A DNA stretch of 64,000 nt from Macrostomum lignano (lineage: Eukaryota), in assembly GCA_002269645.1 (NCBI GenBank), contig NIVC01000132.1, positions 387,028-451,027 of the forward strand, given 5' to 3'. The translations under genes and the position numbers were made by a program. Below are positions 1 through 10,800 of the stretch, piece by piece. The stretch's first letter is position 1. Each line of letters opens with the position of its first letter. The notes beneath the pieces are model-generated. The model was not told the DNA's origin. It saw only the letters and a list, made by a program, of their open reading frames with translations, and searched no databases.

Positions 1-67
1 CCTCTCTAGATCTGCCCCTGTTTATTGGATATGGGAAGCAGCTAGCCTCTCTTTGGAGGGGCATCAC

Positions 68-1180
68 AAACCCTAAAAATCACATTCTCTAAACACATTA
101 TATCATAAACCCTAAATATCATAACTCCTAAATATCACATTCTCTAAACTCCAAAATGCAGTCCCTATCATAAGCCCTAAATATCATAACTCCTAAATAT
201 CACATTCTCTAAACTCCAAAAGGCTCATTCCATATAGGATGGACATATTTGGAAAATAGAAAAAAGTCAATATTTTTGCTTGCCATTGCCTAATTAGCCT
301 ATTTTTTTACCAAATGTTTATATTGTGCAATATATACAATCTAAGAATAAAGGAATGGTAAAATGTTGGATTAGTATGTTATCAATTGGCAAAAAGTCAT
401 TTTTGTAAAAATTTGGACATTTTTCGAAGCAAAAGACATCATTAAGATTTTGTACCTTTTAAAAACAAATAGAAAGCTTTTGAAGGTTGAAACAAACTAT
501 AGATAAAAGTATAGTACTTGCATCATCAGATAAAAGCATTGGTGACCAAATAATCTATTATATTTTTAATGTATTAGTACCTCAAAGTTACTGAATTGAC
601 AGAAAAAAATATGTTACGACCATAATGTTACGACCATAAGGCTGCCTTTTCTTTTGTATCTTTGTTGCCTTTTGAGTTTATATATTCTAATAAAAGAATA
701 TGATTTCTAAAGATGTTCTTAGCTTAGTCAAATTTTAAAAATGTATTGCAAAATATCAAAAATGAAAAATGTTATAAGACTTTTACCTTTTAGTTTCTAT
801 ATGTCAAAAATCCTGTCGTTAGGACCATAAGTGTCATTTAAGGTTTAATAGCATCTATACTAATGATGATATCTATATGAAACTCTATAAATATATTCTA
901 GACAAAATAATCTTTCATTTAAAATATTGGTTTAGTATATTCTATTATTAGAATTCATTTTATAAGTAAAAATAACCTGTCATGTTACGACCATGCTTAT
1001 ATGGAATGAGCCAAAATGCAGTTTCTATCACAAACCCTAAATATCATAACCCTTAAATATCATTTCTAAAATCTTACAAGACATTTCACAAACCCTAAAT
1101 ATCATATTCTCTAACTTCCAAAACACAATCCATATCCCAAACCCTAAATATCATAACCCCATAAATATCACATAATCTAA
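68..1180. repeat. Degenerate AT-rich minisatellite with CCCTAAATATCATAAC-like units, interrupted by a MITE at 222-1012
   Basis: Recurrent aaaccctaaatatcataac / ctcctaaatatcacattctctaaac units at 68-221 and 1013-1180. The unit ctccaaaatgcagt (~151-162) is split by the insertion in the next copy. Confidence 0.7.
222..1012. mobile_element. MITE-like non-autonomous DNA transposon (791 bp)
   Basis: Perfect 15-bp TIR GGCTCATTCCATATA (222-236) / TATATGGAATGAGCC (998-1012), extending imperfectly to ~27 bp. AAAA on both flanks (218-221, 1013-1016). No ORF. Internal TGTTACGACCAT motif occurs 3 times. Confidence 0.85.
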
Positions 1181-1477
1181 GTTTATTATCCAAATGTTCA
1201 AAATAGCATAGAGAAAATCCATCCACACCTTCTATTGTAAAAGTTGTATGTTTAGTTGAGCAGTCTTGAGTGTTTGGTCAAAGTATTCCAGGTGAGCTGG
1301 GTTGGAATCTTGGATGCAATCCCAACACTATGCATCAATATAAAGAAAATAAGAAAGTACATTTGGGAAAAATGTGCTTTGGCTCCACACTCTCCTTCCC
1401 TCTTTTGTCCTCCTAATCTTTCTCTGCCTTTTTGTCTTTCTCTTTTGTCTCTCTATCTCTTTCTGTTCTTTGCCTTG

Positions 1478-1525
1478 CTCTCTCTTTCTCTCCCTCCCTC
1501 TCTCTCGCTCTCTCTCGCTCTCTCA

Positions 1526-1600
<75 letters not shown>
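1478..1600. repeat. (CT)n/(GA)n microsatellite
   Basis: About 60 near-perfect CT dinucleotides; accounts for the SL- and RE-rich ORFs at 1256-1693. Confidence 0.97.
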
Positions 1601-1603
<3 letters not shown>

Positions 1604-1682
1604 AAGCATCCAATACTAAGGCACAAAAAAGAAGACAAGAATTTAAAGACAATGTCTCTTTTTTTAAGCTTTCAAACCGAGT

Positions 1683-4600
1683 ATGAGCACTAGCCTTCCA
1701 TTTGATACCATTAGCTCAATAAACTCTGAAATAGTTCAAGGACAGTTTCAAATGTTGAGATCTGATGTAGAAGCAGTCCAATTGGCAAAGACTTCAAATA
1801 GGTTAAAGTATATATTTTTCAAAGCACCGCTAAATGAAGCCCTATGTAAGTCACTTCAAACACTGTCATCTTGTGTTCTTAAAATGAGGTGCTACTACCA
1901 TATTCAAACTCTGCAATCCAGAAAATGTAATTGTCCTTTTTGGACTGTAAGTGTCTTGCAAAGTAGCTGGATGCAGTAGAATCTACACTTTCATTATGGA
2001 ATGGCTGCCCCAAAGTTTGGAGCAGTAGGATTGGCTTGTCAAGGGAGAAGGTGTTTTTTTGCCATGACAACGGTAGCCATCCAACTTTTTGATGGATTAC
2101 CTTAGCTGAAGAAGAGTGCATTTGTCCTTTAGTCACCTCTTGTGGAGCTACTGCTTCTTACAGGCAATTACTGAATAAAGAGCATAGAGCACACATTCTA
2201 GCAAAATTTTTTGACTCTTGTAAGACAAAAAATGTGCTGAAGCAGGTTATGAAGCGCATTAGGAATGGTGAGAGTCTGCACAAAGAAGTAAGCCAAGAAT
2301 TATTTATGGTAAAGATTGCACTTTTGGATGAGTATCCTCACTCTTATTTGATAGGAGTCATTAAAGAGCATTGCTTAGATCCTGTCTGACTAATAATGTA
2401 CATGGGGCATTAGATAGAGTACCTAATTTCTGTCATCAAGCAAAGCAGCAGGACACTTCTTCATATTAATTCAACCGGCTCAATAATTAAGAAGTCCAGC
2501 GACCCTAGTTGATGTTTTTATACACTGTGGTGACCACAGCATTCAAAACTGAGCAGTCCTGCTCCATCACTGACTGCATCACAAATGAGCACAATGTAGC
2601 TTCAATTTCAACTTTTCTTCGCTTGCTGAGACACCATATCTTAAATATGATTTCCATTGTCCGGCAGTCATACCTGCCCATTATTCGGGTCACTGATTTC
2701 TCATGGGCGCTGATTTACAGCTGTTTGGAATTCACCAGTGTGACTTGGAAACATATATTGGGTTACATTTTCATTATTTTGAAAAGTCCCAAATGTATGA
2801 GCATATATACAGATATATTTTTATGCAATAACAATTTGATGCATTAAGCAAGTCAGTATTTGAGGCGCAAAAAGACACCAAAACATATCAGAGAGAAATT
2901 CTTTACCTATTTCAGTTTAATTATTACATCCAAAAGCATAGAAGTAAAAGAAATAATAAATGACATGATGACAATATTTTTATCTCAGACCAAGGAAGGC
3001 TATCTGACTTTGCAAGCTAAACTGAATGCTAAGGCAGGTAGTTGTCAGTACTTTCAGGAGCCATTATCTGATGCTGAATACAACGAAAAGCAAGAAATGA
3101 TTGAAAGTGAAAACAAAAAGCTAAAAAAATCTGCATACTGGCTGTCACCATATTATATGTACTTCAACAAGCTATGAGATTAATTGATGGAGAAACTAAG
3201 GCAGCAGCCAACCAAACACTGTAGCACTAATGAATTTTTTTGTCCAGACCTTGTAAGCCTCCTCATTTTGCACTACTTAGCATTTCTTCTATTATGGAGT
3301 GCTAGTACATGGAGTCACGCATTTAAAGCCTCGTTGATGAAGTCTCCATTCTTTCCATTCTCTCCATTAGAAATTAGAATTAGAATTAGTCTCCATTCCA
3401 TGCTCATGTAGAAAGCTGGTTTAAAAGAGTCAAAGAATCTTACAGACTACCTTTGTCCATGGGGCAGTTTGCGACAATCAATGCCAAATTTATTAAAGAA
3501 AGACTTGTTGAAGCTAGTATTATGAACTGGGTAAAATTGCACCCTCAATTTTGCAAAGTTAAAAAAAAGTTATGAAAATGCTGAGAGAGCCAAAGAGCGA
3601 TGGAGTAGAAAGCAAGCTAGATATGGAAGTAGTAAAACTCCAGGTCACTTTTTGCAAGCTTTTCCTGGTCTGTCAGCCACTCCTGCTTCACCACAAGCTC
3701 TTACTACTGGTCCATCAGCCGCTACTGCGCCATTACAAGGTTTCTCTGCAAAAAGAGTAATAATTTTGCGAGACATTCGAGGAACCCCCATTACTGATGA
3801 CCACGTAAACTCTCTGAATGGACAAAACTAGCTAGAGTATTTGGTAAGAAAAGTGGAAACTTAAACAAAAACACTTAGCAACATTAAAATCAGTTATAAC
3901 AATGTCTCATTTATACTCTTAGGTAGTGTATGGCTATCTGGCTGCTGTTGCAAGTGGAACTGACAGTGTTGTCATGCAGCAGAGCGACTTCTTCCCACTC
4001 TTCAATTTAACAGACGACATCTCTGATGCGACGTGAACTTCTCTGCAGAACTATTTTATTGGAAGAGAGGTACGCATTGATAAACTGCAACGAAACACCT
4101 GGTGACACTTTATATTCTTAGTATACGAGTATATTGCATGTATACTTCTGCATATATCCTTTCAACCACCTTGCCTAGATCACTATCCAGATAATCGTGC
4201 CCATGCTAACTCAGAGTCATTTTGGGTCTCTGGCAATCAAGTGCCATGCTCTGAGAATTTATCAACTGAACTCCATGAATCACTCTAATAAAAGGCAGCG
4301 AATAGCTTTAGAATGCGTAAACAAGTTTGAGTGAATCACAAAAGCCCCATTTACAGTAATTACATATAGAATCTCAAAATACTACTGCACTAAGTTGCCT
4401 TAAATGGTGATTTCTAATTCCACTGATGCAAAACTTATTCTAGTGCACTTCTGGCTTGAGACCCCACAGCAAGTCCACTGCCACATCCTCATCTCGAGCA
4501 GTTGTGCTATAAAACTTTCAAGTTAATAAATCAGTTGTGCACACAGCAGAAGGACTTGTACTCATGTGGTGTTCTAACTTGCATTTTTGGTTGCAATATG

Positions 4601-4996
4601 CTACTGGAAAAGTGCACCATTATTGCAAACTGCACTCAAACCAAGCTTGCGACTACACGAAATATTATTACAGCTGCACTGCAAAACTTTTGCGAGACAT
4701 GCCAACAGCCCACCTGTAAGCTCTATGGAAAGGAAGAGCCACTGGGTCAGGACAGCCAGATTGAATGGGTAAACCTATATACTTGCATAAAGCTCTTTGC
4801 ATTGCTAAGAAAATGTAGCATTAACTTTTCCACATCTTGCAGATCAAGTGTCCATCATGCCTCTTTTGACACCACAAAATCTGCTAAAACAGAAGCAAGA
4901 ATGTCAATGTGTGTGGGATGTGCTATGCCATTGACAATTAAACTTGGAAATGCAGATCATAGAAGCCACAGTGCTTATAATAATCTTTTTTCCTAA
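1683..4996 (+). pseudogene. Degenerate Mutator-superfamily (NOF/Rehavkus-like) DDE transposase with C-terminal Ulp1-like peptidase and PHD-like remnants
   Basis: Broken frames give, in order: TLLHINSTGSIIKK (~2453-2496; LHxDxTG with D>N), ITNEH..ISTFL, IRVTDFSWALI (~2683-2715), SPYYMYF, NEFFCPDLV..YLAFLLLWS, AHVESWFKRVK (E at 3411), QQKDLYSCGVL (~4544-4576), and Cys/His clusters to ~4920. Many stops and frameshifts; ends not found. Confidence 0.7.
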
Positions 4997-7768
4997 TGCC
5001 CTAACAATGCGCCTAATTCGCTTAATTGCAAAATCGCTTAATACTTGTAATAATATTAATACTAATCACAATAATAATACCAAATAATGTTTGGATTGTA
5101 ATACTGCACAATTTATAAAAATTGAAAAAATAATTGTCTTAAGCATTCTACAATACACTTGTATGTTAGCAAGGCTCTATGCAATGGTTAATAAATGGAA
5201 AAGTAGGCAAGCATCTGAACAAATATTGATTAAAAATCAGTGAAGTTTCTGAATGTGAGTTCGAGCAAAGCAATGTTTAGTCTTGAATATCTCAGCATTG
5301 AAGCTGTCTAAGGTGCCATTTTAAAGCTGAGACATGCGTAGAGTAAATTGAAGCATTTTTTAATCCAGTATCTGCTTTTAGGCTGCTACGATCAAAACAA
5401 TTTCAGTCAATGGTAAAGCAATGGCTAATCAGAGTGTGCTAAGCAATTTTTTAATCAATGCATGTCAGAAAGATTTTTACTTCAGTTAATAAATTAAAGC
5501 TTATTCAACGCCCAACACTTGCATAAATATTTGCCAAAAAGATGGTTGAGGCAGGTCAATTTTGTTAAAAGTTACAGACAATTGTTTTGAATGTCTGTCT
5601 GAATATCTGTTGTGAAACCCTCACATGAAATAATAGACAAAGACTATGGATGAGATGCCAATGGTCTAGGGACAAATAATAGTATATAACTAAAGTGGTT
5701 TGGGGTAAGGGCAACATAGCCAGAATTCCTTTATTCTGAACTAGTTGTTATGAATAGAATTTTTTATAGAAATTCAAGTTTAATGAAAATCAGTTGAGCC
5801 ATTTTTAAATCAACGACATATCTAAATAAATTTAGACATTTTAGAGACATTATTTTTAGTATTAAATAGTATCTAAATCTAAATTTCATTTAAAAAATTG
5901 ATATAGGTAGGCCTAAAGGGAATTAGTAAGGCCTAGTCATAAAGTATTAGTTAAAATTCATTGTTTTGCTTTTATTAAAAAACACGGATAAAGTTTGAAG
6001 GACAGGGGTCGGGCCCCCTAATACATAATACCTAATACTACTGTGTATTAGTATTTGAATTGAATAGAATCTTTGTTAATAATGGAGCCAATGCCTAAGG
6101 CCAATTATTAATGGAATTTAAGGTCAATTCTTAATGAAAATGAAAGCCAATTCTTAGGGCCTAATGGAATTTATTAAATAAATCAATAAAAGAAAGAGCT
6201 TAACGCTTAACTTTCCTGCCATCCATTTTTGATATGAATCAAATAGGTTTGGAAGTTAAAATGACTCAATTTACGAGAATCTTTACACGTTTGCACTTTA
6301 ATATGAACAAAGAGTTAATAAAAAGAGATGATAAAACAGAAATCAACTAACATCAACTAAGTTTCAGATCTAAGAATGACTTGAGTACAAGCAGCTTTGT
6401 TATGATTATAGTACCATTAATTCCGGAGGTTAGTTATTTTATTATTTTATGATTCTCCGACAGTGTTTCCGGCATAAATTAAAATTAAAGACGAATTGTT
6501 TTTAGATTTTGCAGAACCTCTAGTCAGTACGAGAATGTTACAACTAGACTTCAAAGTAAATTTTTCTTAAGGATCACTGTAGATAACTATCCTACATATG
6601 CTTCAAACGATTTTATTTAGTAGTTGCCCTAAAAGTGGCGCTTTTTATGCTTTTACTCCAGAAGCCTTTGAACTAAAGTTTGCTTACATTATATTAACTA
6701 TGCGTCCACAGTAGGCAGTAAGTAGCTGCTGAGAATTCTGAAGGCGTTTGAAGTTTATTCGATCGATCGCTGGCAAATATTAGACAGTATATATAAATGT
6801 AGAGCCGTTTTTAGGCTGTAGGTAGTATATATAAATGTAGAGCAAAGTTGCTAAAAGTCGTACATGTATTCGTTTTTTGTTGCTAAAACTAAAAGTGGTA
6901 CATGTATTCGATCTTAGAATACTAATATCAGACAAAAACCAAAGGCTTTCATTGTTTTAAGCGAAGTTGACTTCTAGAACAAAAATTGTATGTATGCCAT
7001 GCATATTGGCCTTACTTACCCCCTTCCTATTATTTCATTCATACTCACGTATTAATGATGTAATCCTTGCACACCCCCCTCCTTAATATGTAATAATAGC
7101 TAGCTGTACCAACTGTGAAAAATTGCACAACTTACTGCAGGGTAACTTTTTTCATGCAGCTTTAAATTGTGCTTATAGGTTAACTTAACGGCAAAACTTG
7201 CCGTAGGGCGGTACATTTTGAGCTCATGCTGAGTAATTATAGTTGATCATGCATGACTTGACAGCTAAAAATTGATACAGAAATAAGGTCATAGCCTCAC
7301 AGGCATTGAATTTACACACTTTTGACAACAACAGATCAGATACATGTAAATGTAGCCACAGCTTCGGCTACGATGGCCAGCAGGAGCGCGTGCTCGTTTG
7401 ATTTATGTCGAGTTTCAGCAGTGCCTATAAAAAGCGCGCTTTCTGTTTTCTTAATCTTATCAGCACTCGCGCGCGGCCTGTATTCTAGCAAGCTGCAATG
7501 TCGAAAAAGCATTCGTGAAATTAAGAGATAATGGTAATTGCTAGAGGCGTTTTTCAGCTTGACACAGCAGATATTCATTATCTAGCTGTCAGACACTCAA
7601 TGTTGCTGCAGCTATAAACGATAGCCTACACAAATACCTGAGCAGAGTGAAAAATAAGCATTTGTTGCTGTCTCTGACTAGCACCAGAGTCAATTCCTCA
7701 CCTGGAAAGCAAACAGAGACGCATTGATCCTCGCTGTGCAGACAGCGGGGAGAGTCAACAATAAAAGC

Positions 7769-7852
7769 ATGATGAAATTTCGCGAGCCCGACAGGGCCTC
7801 GGAATTAAACACGGAGCATCGAGTGACACCGGAGAGTCAATGGTCCGATAGT
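7769..7852 (+). CDS. Candidate first coding exon (MMKFREPDRASELNTEHRVTPESQWSDS)
   Basis: ATG at 7769; phase-0 donor AGT|GTAAGT at 7853; in frame with acceptor TTTCAG|7927. Could instead be 5' UTR, with the start at ATG 7945. Confidence 0.45.
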
Positions 7853-10800
7853 GTAAGTCAGGAAAATTGCACAATGAGAGTAGTGCAGACGGAAAAGCAT
7901 AGATACGAGTGCACCCTCACTTTCAGAGCCACATAGAGCACAAGATGTCCAGCGAGCTGTTTGTTGGCGAAGGTGTCGTAGCCAAAGGCATTCTGCACGG
8001 ACAGTAGTAAGTAGATTTGTTATACTTGTTTGTTGTTTTACTTTTCAAGCCACTTTTTCTTACACACTCCATAGAAACCGCTAGACCGTAGCAGTCAATG
8101 CCCACTGTTTTCTTTTCAGCCTCAATGTCACCCTCTCAGCCGAAAACTGGCAGTTAGAATCTATAAACATTAGCTTGAGCAGCAACGGCCAGTTTGAGAT
8201 CAGTTATCGAAGCAAAGGCAAGCAGACAGACAGGCGCGGAAGACTCAGCGAAGTGATTGTAACGCCGTACTCATTTGTCATCAAAGTTGCCGTGCAACCG
8301 CTCGGCTACGATGTGAGTTAGCCAAAATGATTTCATAGCTATCTATATGATATGTTTTTCAAAATTATTTTGACATCTATTTACGCCAGAAAAGACAGAA
8401 AAATGCGTTTGATGTCTATCTTAACCTGTAATACGAGCGTAATACTGTAACTACTGAGTAGCGTCCGAATCACACTAAATCAAGAACACAAACTTATTTT
8501 TAGCGCAAGTCTTACCCTATTGGTTTGAGCCTCAAACAACCAATGTTTAGCTGTTTGTTTGATTTTTTGCGATTTCACCACAGGAAATTGTCACTACCAG
8601 CGATTGGGGACAGGTATAAATAGTCGTAGAATTAATTGAACCATTGACGGAACAGTCATGAAATAATTTTCTGGCTTTGAGTTGAGTACTCAAACCTGAG
8701 GGAAGATTGAAGTTTCATCAAGAGTAATGCTGCTTTCACAATCAAGCGATTTCGGTCTGGTTCTGCTTCAGCAGGTTGGCACGTTCGAAAAAAAATATTG
8801 TGGCATTCCCAGATGTAAACCTGACAGTTTCGAACGCTTCACCCGGTCCCGTTCGGGGAAAAGTCCTAAACTGGACAGGAACCGTTTCATTGTGAATGCA
8901 GACTAACTGTTGTGGACAGTGGGTGAACAATCACATCAAGGACCACTAGAAATTACTGTATGGACCTCTGTAGATTCTCGGAATAAACCGGAGCAGATAC
9001 AAGTACCTGATGTACTTCGCCGAATAAAGTGTTACAATACGTTGCAATTGCAATATTGATACGATAAATCTGGCTTCAAAATATTCTAATCAAAGAGACG
9101 ATCATTTGAATCAGCAAGTAGTCTGAGAGCGCACCATAGAAATGTGATTAATTTTTTAGATAAGCCTACAAGAAAAGCACCTGGCGGAGCTCAGCCACAA
9201 CGGGAACTACTCGGCAATCTGCACCGTTATACTGGGCGGAGAGGCCGACTTCACCGAGCTGGAGATTTGCGACTCCGAAGAGCCAAAAGTTGCCACAGAA
9301 CCGGAGAACCCGTATTTGAATGTCCAACTCGGTGAGCTTCTGCCATGCTGTTATCAATTTTAATAATCTTCACGCTTAACGTATAGACAATTCTATGCGC
9401 CAAATTACAGTACATTCGGCAAGGCAACTCGGCACGCCGAGTCACGTCAAGCGACTCCGCCTCTCACTGCCTAGAGTTGAGAACTCAATCTGGAAGCCGA
9501 TCCCCATTTTCAGCGAAGAAAGCGAATGCGAACTCAAAAATGACGATAGACTGAACCACGAAATCTCGCATGGCAGTGTTCAAACGATGCCGAAATCGGA
9601 TCTTGATGCCGAGAATGCAAGGCTACGACGATGTCAACGTAGGAACGCAGACACGGCCTACATCAAACCAAGCTCAAACTTCAGCAGCGTGGTAGAATTT
9701 GAGCCGGTAGATTCGAAAACTTCCATTGAGCCGAAATTTTCAACAGCTTTGTACAAACGAGACACGCATCAAACAGTTAACGTTAATGAAGCCAACGCGA
9801 AAGCTCAGGAGAACGTCAGGAAAACGTCAGCAAACAACGTAGGTAAAGACGTCATTGAGTCTGCCTGGTTGGAATTAGACGATCCAGCAAAGGAAGGGAT
9901 TGAGACAGTCATGTTGCGAACTGGCAGAGAAATCGTATCCAAAGCATATGACGACGACAACAAGATTGAAACTGGTGTAGAAACATCCCTCATCAAGAAT
10001 TTTCAAAGAAAAAACGAAACTATGAGTATCCAAATCGGCACCTATGAATGTCTCGCAGTGACAGTTGACGAGCGTCCAAGCAAAGAAGAAATACGATTAT
10101 TTAAATATGAGCAGCAACGCAGTAAATCCCCAAAACTTAGGCGAAAACATAAAAGCCATCTCAGCCACAGCAGAACCCTATCATCGATCAAATCTATGAT
10201 GAAATTCTCAAAACTTCATCAATTACAGCAAAAACGACCCCAAAACAAAGACGACAAATCCAGTGGATTGCCATCGACAACGCTATTGAATCACACCGAA
10301 GACACCACGTCTATTCGAAAGCAGCAGCAAGGCACTGATGCTGAGCAGCGCGATGAGTCCATTGGAGCAGAAGTCGACGACATAAAGAGCTTGGTGATGC
10401 ACCTCGACCAGGACGTCGATGAGGTCCGGATCGAGTACGAGGACCAACAGGTTTCGATGGAATTGCCGGAGCCTCCGATCCGAGAGCTTCGTCACGAAAG
10501 CCAGTCAGCCGATCTCGCTGAAGAGACCGAGGAAAGCGTGCTTGCTCGAAAGCTGCAGCAGGGTACTGATGCTGAGCAGCGCGATGAGTCCATTGGAGCA
10601 GAAGTCGACGACAAAAATAGCTTGGTGATGCACCTCGACCAGGACGTCGATGAGGTCCGAATCGAGTACGAGGACCAACAGATTTCGATGGAATTGCCGG
10701 AGCCTCCGATCCGAGAGCTTCGTCACGAAAGCCAGTCAGCCGATCTCGCTGAAGAGACCGAGGAAAGCGTGCTTGCTCGAAAGCTGCAGCAGGGTACTGA

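Noticed and set aside
68-1180. Interstitial telomere (CCCTAAA)
   Set aside because: The heptamer is isolated within longer AT-rich units and never occurs as a direct tandem.
1256-1693. ORFs rich in SL or ER dipeptides
   Set aside because: They are translations of the (CT)n microsatellite.
8120-8312. HSP20/alpha-crystallin call for this exon
   Set aside because: Flanking exons complete a galectin strand order and share intron positions with D2-D5; still worth confirming by HHpred.
8584-8613. Phase-0 microexon EIVTTSDWGQ (cag...gtataa)
   Set aside because: Weak donor, and direct splicing 8312 to 9160 already gives the normal galectin strand spacing.
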